From Octopus sinensis (taxonomy: Eukaryota): 64,000 bases of DNA. Below the pieces are notes generated by a model. It worked only from the letters and a program-made list of their open reading frames with translations. It was not told the origin of the DNA and did no database searches. The translations under genes were made by a program, and so were the position numbers. Below are positions 1 through 12,900 of this stretch, piece by piece. Within the stretch, counting starts at the first letter, position 1. Each line of letters starts with the position of its first letter. Where the stretch lies: the NCBI RefSeq assembly GCF_006345805.1, contig NW_021832224.1, positions 124,001-188,000 of the forward strand. The letters run 5' to 3'.

Positions 1-10
1 GTATTCCTAG

Positions 11-1174
<1,164 letters not shown>

Positions 1175-1844
1175 TTGGTTGGCTTTAATTTCTTGACTGT
1201 CTTTATTTTTGGTGGAATCTTTTTTTAATGTCAATTATTTGCTAATTGTTTCGAATGTCGGTGTATATTAGTGATAGTGAGGAATGCTATATTTCCATCA
1301 AAGGTCGGTTGTGAGTTTTTCTTTTTCGAATATGCACTGATTAATCAACAAAAAACAAGACATTGTGATAGAAGATGGATTCTAAATTTCACAGAATCTA
1401 AATTAGGAATTGTCAGTATTATTATTCAACCAAGACCACCGTCTAAAAACACAAAATAACTAATCAGGTGATCCCAGCTTCTCTAAGGTGAATCCTCATT
1501 TTTGAATAAAAATTCTGAGAATGTCGAGTTTCTTTATCACGTGTCTTGCAGTCGTCGGTTATCAACGGAATTGAACAGTATTCAATTTCATTACAAAATT
1601 GTTGAAAACGCAAAAATAAAATTGTTGAAGGAACTTGAGACTTTCTCGAGCGTGTCTCCCTCTTGTCTCTCTGGTGGGCAGTGATGTTCTATGTCATCAC
1701 AAAGCGACTTTCCATCAGTAAGACACGCGACGTTTGCTTCTTTTGCTTTAAGCATTAATGTCAAAGCTCTAAATATTATCCCTTCAAATCGTATATTAGC
1801 AAGCATTAACGTTTTTCTAAAATTTTTGTGTTAGAGCAAGAGCT

Positions 1845-2385
1845 ATGAAGAAAAAGAAATACTATTAAACATTCAATTAATGGAAAATCTAACACAAAAA
1901 TAAGTGACAATCTAAATATGCCTCAATCCTCCATAAACCGAATACTTTGTTGATTTAGAAAATCCGGAGATATTGAGAGTAATTATACAAGCTACGTGTG
2001 GCGTAAATCAAAAAATGAATATTGTTCAAAAAATACCATACAAACAGTTAAACATGGCGGTGGAGTATTATGTTATAGGGGTGTTTTTCTTTTGGGGAGT
2101 TGGGGGACTTCATATAATAGACGGAATATTGAGTGCTTTTATATAGTGTGATATTTTGGAAAAAAATATTTTTTGTCAATTGAGAAATGGCTAATACATT
2201 TAATTAATATCCTTGAATCGTTAAGTCAGTCCACAGATCTAAATCTGATTGAAAATCTTTGGAAAGAATTAAAAGTCAAAGTATGGGCAGATAATTTAAA
2301 AATATCACAGAATTAAAATTATTTTGTTTCAAAGAATGAAATAAAATTTCCGTAGAAACTTGTAAAAAGCTTTTAAACAATTACA
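1845..2385 (+). mobile_element. Degenerate Tc1-like transposase remnant (N-terminal HTH fragment plus C-terminal fragment)
   Basis: ~1850-1980 reads KHSINGKSNTKISDNLNMPQSSINRILC*FRKSGDI (paired-type HTH). ~2225-2385 reads SQSTDLNLIENLWKELKVKV...ITELKLFCFKE*NKISVETCKKLLNNY, matching the Tc1 WPSQSPDLNPIENLW..LK region. Confidence 0.7.
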
Positions 2386-4575
2386 TTATTATTCACCCCC
2401 AAGCTTGCTTAGAATAGCAAACCCGGCACAAACAGTCATAGCAAACTAATCGAATAAAGAAGCCAAGAAAGAAGGAACTGTCCGTGCTGATCAACATTAG
2501 CCTCCAAATCTTCAATACAGCTTTCCGGATCCAAAGAGAGGTGGGAAGTATCTGGTTCGCTCAGTTCCCATTTGTCAGCCTTCTACCGTCGTTCACCGCA
2601 CGTCATTTGTTTCCGGAAGGGTTTTACATACTGAAGATTTTTCATTGGTAAGTAATCAAGGGAGGTGGAGGTCCCCTTTTGACATCTGTGTCGTGCCAGA
2701 TGGACTCGTCGCCTCACGGGTGGGAACAGTGACAAGATTTGATCACACCTGGAAACTTGCGTCCTTCGGAATAGTGATGGGCCCATCGGGTAGTGTCGTA
2801 ACCAATTCTTCATGACAGTTTTTAGGGCAACAGCAGCCAGTGTTTTTCTACGCATTATGTCTTCCCGGTCACCAAGCACTGAGCCAAGCTTCTTGGATAG
2901 TCTCCATGTTTCCATAAGTTGAGTGTCTGAGCGTGATATCTCAACCACTTCCCTCTTGTCCGGGTTCATTTTTAAAACCATTCCCCGAGTTTTCCTGGTG
3001 CAATCTCCAGGAGTCTAGCCAGTGCTGATCTGTCGCTCGACACCAAGTCGACATCATCCGCGTAGATAATTTCGGTGATTGACTCCCCGTATAGGCTTCT
3101 CAGCTCTCGTTGGGCAGATTCAAGGTAAATCACGAAGAGCAGTGGTAAAAGGGAGTCACCCTGAGGAGTTCCCACATTTGTTAAGAAGGGTCTGGACAAA
3201 GTCCTCCCAGTAAGTTCCGTGTTTGTCAGTAGTACCTGGATCATTTTGGTTTTATCTTCTTCTAAGAAGCTTCCTCAGGGAGATTAATGAGAGAATCTTC
3301 CTCAGGGAGTTCAGCAGGGTAACCGGGCGGAGGTTTTCTACTGGGCCACTAGGTTTGTTAGATTTTTGAATAGGTATTAGAATCCAGGATCCGAGTGGGA
3401 GTAAGTCGTTTTCAGTAAACATATTATTCAGAATTTTCGCTATATTGCTTAAGAGAGACTCGGGTCCGTATTTTAAAAGCTCCGCACTGATGTCGTCCTG
3501 CCTCGCAGCTCTATTGTTTTTTATCCTGTTATCTGCCTTTTTAACTTCATCCGAAGTAATTTTATTCCTTAGAGGTCGTATGGGGACAGAGAAAAGTGAT
3601 ATCGGCTCCGTGTTCGTGTTGAATCGTTGTTTAAAGAAATCCGCTATAAGGCTTACCTGTTCCACCGAGTCAGATACTTTAGTTCTTTTGTTGGTTAGGA
3701 GTCGAAGTTTGGGGCTGCTTTTCTTCCTATTGAGTAGCCTCAATGCTTAAAACATTTGTGCATTGTCCTTGAGAGATTCCAGCTCCTTAAGTTGGGAGGT
3801 CAGAATATCCCGACCGTATTGGAGATTCAGTCGTCTTATTTGTTTCTGAATAATTGCTCGTCTGGCTTTCAGTGCATGTTTGGTATCCGAATCCGTAGTG
3901 TTCTCAATCGTCAACTTGAGCTCCTTTTGTTCAGCCGATAGGGCGAAAACATCCGGATGGCATAGTCTGGTAGTGTTCTTGTTCTTTAAGTGTTTTCCAA
4001 CACATTTATCTGCGGCCTGATGGATGCCACTAGACATAACTTTCCAAGCGACAGTCGGCGTTAGTCCAGGCTTCATGTTTTTGAGTGATTCTTCAATCGA
4101 TGATTTGTAGATGTTTCGGGTAGATGGTGAGAAGACCAGTTTTTCCGTCAGGTATCTGCCCGGTGTATGAGTCATTCGATGATTTCATTTTTTCAGCAAG
4201 TATGATTTCTGCAGACTGAATCTGCTGACGAGTGATCCACCATAAAAGCGAGAGTCCAATAGGAGACATACATCTTTTTGTCGGCAGATGATGTAGCCAA
4301 TTTGGTTATAAATAGGCCGCAGTTTTTTTTTTTTTGTCCCATTTTTGTCACGTCGCCTTCCCGTCCAGGCGATTTATGTCGAGCAGGGGTTCAAAAGCCG
4401 TGTTGCATAAGAAGAAAAGTCCAAGCGTTTTGCAGAATTTGGCTAATATGGTTCCTGGCAGGTTTCTATATCCTCTTCCGTGTCGTCCAATAAAGGTTGT
4501 GCTACAGCAAATACCAGCTTTTGAGTTCCAATCGCCGGCGATGAATAGGAGTGTAGATGATTTTAAGGACAAATT
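2386..4575 (-). mobile_element. Non-LTR retrotransposon (RTE-like; APE endonuclease + RT), 5'-truncated and frameshifted
   Basis: Minus-strand ORF pieces: FIAGDWNSK (APE), NLRPVTLLNSLRKILS, GTPQGDSLLPLLFVIYLE, YADDVDL (RT). The 3' end near 2386 has a short (AAT)n tail. Confidence 0.9.
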
Positions 4576-4634
4576 GAAAATAAAATTTTATTAAAAATAA
4601 ACAAGTGTCTCAAGACTAATTTGATCCACTTTAT

Positions 4635-4775
4635 ATATGAAAAAAGATCTGAGTGTATTGAACATTCAATTAGTGGAATATCTAACGAATAAATAAGTGA
4701 CTATCTAAATATGCCTCAATCCTCTATAAACTGAATACTTTGTCGATTGAGAAAATCCGGAGATATTCAGTCCAA
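4635..4775 (+). mobile_element. Second copy of the Tc1-like HTH fragment (paralogous to 1850-1980)
   Basis: Clear nucleotide similarity to 1855-1975 (aacattcaatta...ataagtgac.atctaaatatgcctcaatcctc.ataaac.gaatactttgt.gatt.agaaaatccggagatatt). Confidence 0.7.
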
Positions 4776-4812
4776 ACCCTGTGATGGAGACTATTCTTTC
4801 AAATTGAATGAT

Positions 4813-5760
4813 TTACACAAGCAATAAATTATTAGTTTGATCGACGATTTTATTGACAATATCAACGTTAAAAGACATGTTGTTTTCCGAATATACGATA
4901 AAAATCAAAGTACATTTGAAAGATGTCTTAAATGTCGAGCAGAAAGTAATAATTAATGAACAGCTACTTTGATACTTTAAAAATGTTGTTTTGTGACTTG
5001 ACAACGTGCTTTGGACCGACTAACTTATGAGCTTTGACATTAATGTTTGATTTTTAACGTTAAAGGTCGGAAAACCCTGTATATTGCTATTAATTGCTCC
5101 ATTTCAACTTTGAATCCGACGACACAAGTGCAATACCGTGTCTAACATAGATTCGAAGAATGGTTTTCTCAACGCAATATCGGTCTCTGCTATGGAATAA
5201 TTATTAGATTTTTTTCTGATAGAATAATTATCTATCTGAATTAAGATGCAGAAGATAAGAAAACCAGTAACATCAAGACGAGCTGGACAAATAAGATTGG
5301 ACAGGTTTATGAGTGTCTTCTGTACAGATTTTTCAAATAAATCTGAGGAGAAGCCGCTGTGAGAAATATCTTGATCTTCAGCAACCACCAAATATTCTTC
5401 AAAAACAAATAACAGCGAAATGACAATCTTTTAGAATGGGCAGTTATTACCTGTCAATCTTAGAAATCCCGTGACTGATACGGAAAAAGATGACAGTGGG
5501 CCTAAAAAGAGGTGGTTGACTAAGAAAGCCACATCTTGATCAGTTTAAAGTTCTATTCAGCGCAAGGAGTGAGCACAGCGTAATTTCGCGATTTGTATCT
5601 GCAATCTGGAGAGTATTCACAGAGCAAAGTTGTCTGATCGCAGATGGATAGTTTAAACCTCGATCTGGGTCAGTCTTTCAAGATAAAGTGATAGACGAAT
5701 GCTCTTATTGATATAACTAACAATTTAACCCACAATAATAACAAAATTAAGAAATTCAGT
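4813..5760 (-). CDS. Possible multi-exon hypothetical protein
   Basis: Several adjoining minus-strand open frames separated by 23-30 nt GT..AG segments. No family recognised and the exon chain is not resolved. Confidence 0.3.
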
Positions 5761-6252
5761 TCCATCTTATTCTGCTGCCTAATTAAATACTAACAGTAAT
5801 AAACTAAAGTAATTTTCATTAAAATTAAGAAATTATCTGCTAAAGATGTGCTAAAACTGTGTACATTATTGATAACAATGAATGATTGATATTTTCCACA
5901 GACAAAACAATTCGCTTCCATTAAAGCTAAAAACCACTTCTAATCTACATCTTCTATCAACTTAATAAAACAATATTGATTTTAGCCGATAAGGATTATC
6001 ATAAAATATGTTTAGTTTAAGTACTTTCACAAGTTTTCAAGATTTTCTCCAAGTAAAATAAATTTCAATTATTGTTAATTATATCATAAAATTATTCAAG
6101 ATTGTGCCTGTACATAATTTCCGTTTCATCAGTGATTGTACATAAATAAATATTTGAAGATAAGTGTCATTATCAAGATTACTACATATTCTATCAATTA
6201 ATGTCGTGTGAGTTCGATATTATTTAGGTATGAACGTTAAAAAAGCATTTTT

Positions 6253-6868
6253 ATGACATCTCAGTGTTGCTGTCTCATTCCTTTTCTAAGTATGACACAT
6301 TTTTCCAATTTCAGGAAAAAAAGAAAAAAACAATGAGACCTACAAAAAAATTGTAATCGTCGGAGATGGATTTTGTGGCAAAACTTCGCTTCTGACCACG
6401 TACACCACCGGATTCTTTTTAACAGAATATGAACCGACCATATTCGACAATGACGTAATTGAAGTTCATGTTGAAGGAAAAACTGTTGATTGATGTTTAC
6501 ATTTTTAGGTTAAGGCCTCACTTTGGGATACAGCTGGACAAGAATCGTTTAAGAATCTTCGGCCATGTTGTTATGCTGATACAGACTGCTTTATTGTCGT
6601 CTATGCAGTCAATAATCCAGCAAGTTACAGGAATGTGGAGACCACGTGGATTTGTGAAATTATGTCGAGCTCTCCTAAGGCACGTGTAATATTAGTGGCC
6701 GCAAAAGTGGACTTACGAAAATCTAATTCTGGACACGTTTCATATGAAATGGGCAGAGCTATGCAAAGAAGGATTAAAGCGTTGGATTTTATTGAAACTT
6801 CAGCTCGTATGAATATTGGTGTCAGGGAAACAATCATGGCTGCTGCAAAAGCGGCTATCAATCATTGA
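6253..6868 (+). CDS. Atypical Rho-family small GTPase (3 exons)
   Basis: Exons 6253-6289, 6315-6484, 6509-6868 give MTSQCCCLIPFLRKKEKNNETYKKIVIVGDGFCGKTSLL...YEPTIFDN...LWDTAGQE...AKVD...ETSA...AAINH*. G1 and effector-loop motifs are Rho-type. Confidence 0.9.
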
Positions 6869-7566
6869 CATTGTTATATTAATAAAAAATCAATGGAAAG
6901 TTAAAAGCATTGCCAATTGGTCATTTAAACTACCTAAATAGCTATTTTAGAGAAACTCATTTATCATTTATAAATCGAAATTTTTCCTGATATTTCAGTC
7001 TTAAATTGAGTGAACGGATTATAGGTAAGGTCAGAAAATACATTTAGTTTACTCACAACTGCTAACGAATAATGATTAATAGACACGTTTTAAGCGTCAT
7101 AAGGTAAATAAATGGATGGTTAAGATTTTGATAAAAGCGGGCATTGGCTACATGGTTTGAGTGGACTCTTGGAACGAGATTTCGTCAGAATTGGTTATGA
7201 AATAAGTCCTCAAATGCAAAATTTTAAATTCTAACAAAGGAAGTGACACTTTTTAGTAAGCGTGTAAGTACCAGAACATAGAGAAATGGAGCATTTTTAT
7301 CAACTGTTTGAAAAAAGCGGCAACGAATAATTTTAATTTTTTTGAAATTTTTGTTCTTGTAGTCAGAAATCCAAATATCATTTAAAAATCTCAAAATTAG
7401 GTTTCTGTTAATTTCCATTTTTCATATCACATTACCTACTTTCATCCCGACAATCTCTCACGTAATGATAGGACCACTCTTATAAGCAAATCGTTTTATA
7501 CATAAAAATACGGTAACTATTTTTAAGAGTAAAAAGAATAAAAAGTTGTAACAAAAATTATGATCT

Positions 7567-8086
7567 TTAACTCTTTGGACATTGAAAAATACATTTAAGA
7601 TCAGCCAAACTCTTTGAAGACAGTTTTTTATCGCGAATTGACCTTGATTGACTACAATAAATAATTAACCAACAACAAACATAATCCGACGACTATTTTT
7701 AGATTTCCAGTATAATTTCTCAGATGATTCAAATACATAATTTTCTGGGTTATTTGGAATCTCAGATCCATTCAAATCTGCGAGTATTTTATCAAAATCA
7801 TTATTGAAATTGTTTGGTTGTTCGGTGGGACAGGAGAGGCCTTTGATGAAATAAGAATTAATTTTCACCACAAAGACCGTCGTTTCTTTTAGCGACGATG
7901 TTAGTTGTGATCCCATTCTCAAATTTACCGAGTCCTTTGCCCTTTTTCCAACCCATTTTTTCTAGCATTTTTTGTCCAAATTTATTATCGTCTAAATTAA
8001 TTAAATTTTAATATACCTTGGGACCATTTCATTCCTCGAGGATCTTTCGATCTTTTATCTTTTTTTCGTTTTTTTTCTGCCCACAT
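7567..8086 (-). CDS. PINX1: PinX1-like G-patch protein (short form)
   Basis: MWAEKKRKK...DPRG...DDNKFGQKMLEKMGWKKGKGLG (G-patch)...DFDKILADLN...KKLSSKSLADLKCIF follows the PinX1 N-terminal region; 3 short introns. Confidence 0.8.
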
Positions 8087-8301
8087 AAAAACGTGAGTCG
8101 TTCTTAAAATAAAACTATTTTAAATAAAAATATTAAAAATAAAAATATTGAAAATAATGAAATTCTTTATTTTTCTATCGAATTATGCTGGCACATTTAT
8201 AATGACATTTTTTTTATTTCTTTTGAACGATTTTAAATATAAAAATTAAACTTATTAATATATTTAAAAGTAATGAAAAACATTAAAAACGATTAAACAA
8301 A

Positions 8302-9638
8302 TTAATCTTTTGCGTCGTTAATTCCCCCATCAGTAATTGCAAATGTCGCCTCATTCTCGGCAAATTCAGGACTTTTTTCCACTAAAATACACAAATAAAA
8401 CCTATCAAAAATCTTGGCTATTCTATTCTCAGCTCTCCCCTTCCTCAACGATATTCTCGTAGTACTCGCGTGGGCTAAAACATGTCCTCCTATCGGCTTC
8501 TTAGGATCAGCTTGGAAACTGGCATTCTATGTGAGGACCAACCTCATTCCTGCTCCAGGATCTGATGTCATTTGATTAGTTATCATAACAGCCACGTTAT
8601 ATTCTATTTATGTGAGGATTAAAGAAACCTTCTGATATTTTTTGTAGTTTAGATAGAAATTGGCCTAATTTTTGTTGTCGGTCGGCCAATTCTCCTCTCC
8701 CAGAGTAATCAACTCGATACAATGCCATAACAGAATCCACAATCTATCCAATTAATCAATCAATCAAACTAATAGTCTGAAAACACCAGGCTCCTCATAA
8801 AATTTGGCTGCCACATGATCCATAATTTCCATTTGATGTTCGCCTACAGTCAATAATCTGAATAAACTGGTATAAACACGACTGTAAAGCACATTTTCCA
8901 AAGCTTCGTCCAAATTGACTTTAAATCGAAGTGCAATTGGACGCAATCTAGAAGGTCTACTACCAAATTTGGATTAATATCCCAACAATGTGTTTTCTGT
9001 ATCAACATACATCACTTTATGGCCATTTAGTTGCCCAGTTGAATTGTCGATTTGTGAACTCACTTATATTGACTGGACAGGACTAACCACACAGAGTATG
9101 GGCTAACTGAGTCTTCCCACAACGGAATTCCCCAAAGAACTCAGTGATTGCCATACTTTCGATTCCTCCACCCAAAATTGAACTTTTTTCTAACAATATT
9201 CAACTTACTCTAATTCAGTGCTTCCTGTTTGTACTCTGAAACACTGTTCTCTCCTCATTGAATATTCAGAGGCACTTATAAACGTGTTTTCCTAATAAAG
9301 TGGGGATTAGTCAGTCTACGGTTATTTTACGAGCGCTTTCTTTGATTTTTTCAACTTTGGTGTCGGAAATTCCTTTAATTCCGAGGAGTTTCTTGGTTGT
9401 GGTCATTTGGATTCCCTTAAATTATTTATTGCTATATAAACTCTAATTGTGCATATTCCTGCTGATTTGAGTTTTTTGATGTCGGCGACGTTCTATGTTT
9501 ATAACAAAAATAAACGATTCCGTAGTTTTCAAGCAAGTCAATGTCGTGGTAGCCAAAGAACTAAACATTATTTTTATGGATAACGATTTCATCCCCATTT
9601 ATAGATGTTTCAAGTTGTGATTTGTTCGTTGAAGACAT
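8302..9638 (-). CDS. DMC1: Meiotic recombinase DMC1 (13 exons)
   Basis: [88 protein letters not shown]: DMC1-type rather than RAD51-type residues. 12 introns of about 23-30 nt. Confidence 0.96.
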
Positions 9639-9973
9639 TTTATGACTAGAATTTGTATGATTAGTATTAATGAAAAACCCACAAGACAAAAAACGCTAAA
9701 GAAAATTTTTTCGCTCCATTTTGAACATTTATTTTAAATTTATGTTGACCATCAAAGATCAATTTCACAAATAAAAATATAAATTTGATCATTATAAATT
9801 AAATTTTTTTTGATTATTCTTAAAAAAATATACAAGTCTCAATAATTTTTTTATAAAAATAATAGTCTGACCTGTTATTTTATACAAAATATATAATATT
9901 TATTTTTATTTATTTATTTTTATTCCTTCAATTAAATTTATAATAAATTAACATCAAAGATAAAATTTTCAAA

Positions 9974-12900
9974 ATGGTATTCGAATCTGTTGCGGTTGAA
10001 TTCTGTAATTCATTTCTCGGTCAATACTTTGAAAATCTCGACAAATCTCAACTAAAAGTAAACATATGGCAAGGTGAACTTCCAATTCAACATAAATAGG
10101 AAATATTCATTTAACAAACTTAAAACTTAAAGCATCTGCCTTCGTATACTACTTTTTTGTTAATTTTTTGCTAGAATCAACTAGACCTGCCATTTGTCTT
10201 ACTACATGGCAATATTGGTTAGAAATAATTCATTTATTCACAATAGAACGCCTTTTGCTTAAAATCCCCTGGAAAAACTTATATTCGGCACCGATTGAAG
10301 TCGTTTTGGACGATTTGTTGTTATGCACATCTCCTTTGGACAGTCCTACTTTTTAATTTATAAATCTTAGAATGGAATGAAGTCATTTTGGACCCACAAG
10401 AGGAAATTAGACTTAAAATTGCCAAGAAATTGAGTGATCTGGCCTCGTTAGAGTCACTGGAAAACACAGAAACTGAGGACACAAAAAACACGACATTTTT
10501 ACAAATGTTGACTATAAGAATGCTCAAAAATTTGGAAATTGTCATAAATCGTGTACATATTCGCTTTGAAGACATGAATTGTGAAATGCCCTTCATTTCT
10601 GGACTGACTCTCAAGAGTGCAACCCTTAAGGTCCATAAATATATAATATTGGGTAGACTACTGACTCAGAGTGGCACGAGGCACCCTGTTCTGACAGCAA
10701 TTTTATCTTCAATAAGGTTTGAATTGAACATTTATTTGATTAGTTGTTTAAAGTTGATTCGATTGGTTTTTATTTTAATCAAACAAATAAAGTTAAAGAA
10801 ATAAACGAGAATTCATATAGTATTTTGAGTATTTAATTTAGTCATACGTCCGATCCATGCTGTCTGTATGATTAGAATAGACTCTCGGCCTGATCTGACC
10901 GAGTACCAGCAGCCAAAGGTATTTGCCGATATCCGTGTTGACGAAGTTGAAATCAATCTTATAAACACGCAGGTTTTGCTTATAAATATATTTTGCAGTA
11001 TTTTGGATTCATGGGGTTTTGTGATTCCATAATTCTGTCCCAAAGAAGGACCAAGTTCAGAAAATTTAGAAATGACATGGATTTGCACACGAATTGGAGA
11101 CATATGTACCATTAGTAATATTTTGATTCTTTTTAGGTGGCAATATGCTATAAAATGTGTAATGGACACCCAATCTCATAGAAAGATGAGAAATATAGCT
11201 CAGATGATGGCACATAGACGGCTGTTTAAGCAATATTCGGAAGCATATTTTCATAAATTAAACAAATCGAATAATCCCTCACATGACGAGGATATAAATG
11301 TTGATTTTTGTTCAAAATTGGCAGAAAGGGGAACGGGATTTGGACGTCTTTAATATTTTTCTTGCACGAAAGTTGGCTTCTCTCAAAGTGACTGTAAAGT
11401 TGTCGGATAAAGCAAATAACTCTAAAAAAACCACTTGGGGTAAAATTACTAGTTGGTTTGATACCAAACTTGAATCTGCCGAGTCGAGAGAATTTACCGC
11501 CGAAGAGAAGACAAAGTTATGTAAGGCTATTGGATATGTCGGAGAAATGTCAAAATATCCAGATTCTGTATTATTTTAGTTAATTTTGTAAGTATGTGAT
11601 TTTTAAATGTGAATTTCTGCTAAAAAATGTGACTTTATCTCTGTTTGACAATCAACTGATGTTTTGCTACTAAAATAATGTTTAGCAGATCGCTGGCAGT
11701 GTTTAGAAGCAAAAAACTAATGTCGACTTACGAGGCTATTTCAGACGGATTCAGAATTGACATTTCGTTGGAGGATTTGTTTGTTTGTGGCAAAACAAAT
11801 GCGGGACGTGAGAGAATTTTGTTGTGCAAAGAATCTACAAACACAAAACAAAATTTGCCTGTACTGGACCTCCAATTTGTAAAAAACCCAATCAACCAAC
11901 CATTTGACAGCATTTGTAATGTGTTCTCAAGTCCAATGTCCATGGCATATGATTACGTAAGTCTAAATTTATGATTTTAGGAATCCATCAACAAAATTTA
12001 TAACTTTTTTATACCTCCAAAGTCCGTAGCTTTCCAAAAGTTGTTGAATTTGGATATTTTAGATTCAAAACTATGGCGTACGAGAAACTAGAAGAACTGA
12101 AGGACATTTCAGCGACCACACTCACAAAGCTTGCCGATAGTAAAGACCGAATGGACCTCAACGTTGAACTGAATCCTCTCCATATTATAATCCCGGATAA
12201 CGGAAATTTGGGAGAGTACATATTGTTTATGACGTAAGGGGATCTCGTGCACTTATTGTGGATCTCGGGTATTTGAGGATTACTTCTGACCACGAGATTT
12301 ATTGTGGTCCAATCAACAAGTATATTTTGTTGCTTGAAGGGATACAAATATTATATGCTCACAAAGGTTAGGTTTGTTCGTTCTACAATAGAAAGTGATT
12401 GGCAGACTGCCCGCGTTTTAAAAAATTCTGAATTTCATATTCTGAGACCTATCAATGTCTCTCTATGTCTAAGTCATTGTACGATTCCCTGTCTTGATAC
12501 TCCACGGTTTTAATGTCACGTAATTCTGATAGATTGTCAATTGCTGCGAATTTGCCTGATCTTCACGTAAATGTGAGCGATCAACAAATTAAACAGTTGG
12601 TCAATAATTTTGTGAAATTTCCACTTCCACACACATTCACAGATTCTACAAATGTTTTTAAAAATCACTAATCTTAGATTTTTGAATATTCACAGGAAAT
12701 TGGGGGAAGTGTCCACGCCGATAAAATGGTTTATGACGATATTGTTTCGTGCATGTCTCTCAAGTATTGCCATGTGTGCTTACTTAGTAGAAAAACCTCG
12801 TGGAAGAAAACGATTATCTGTTTCACTACGTTTTGAAATAAATTCAGTATTTTAAACTTTTTAATAACTTTAAAGCTTAAATTGCGACTGTCTAAGGATG

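Noticed and set aside
1754-5045. 17-bp inverted match (cattaatgtcaaagctc at 1754 and gagctttgacattaatg at 5029) as TIRs around the LINE region
   Set aside because: No TSD or terminal motif; one such match is not unexpected in 64 kb of AT-rich DNA.
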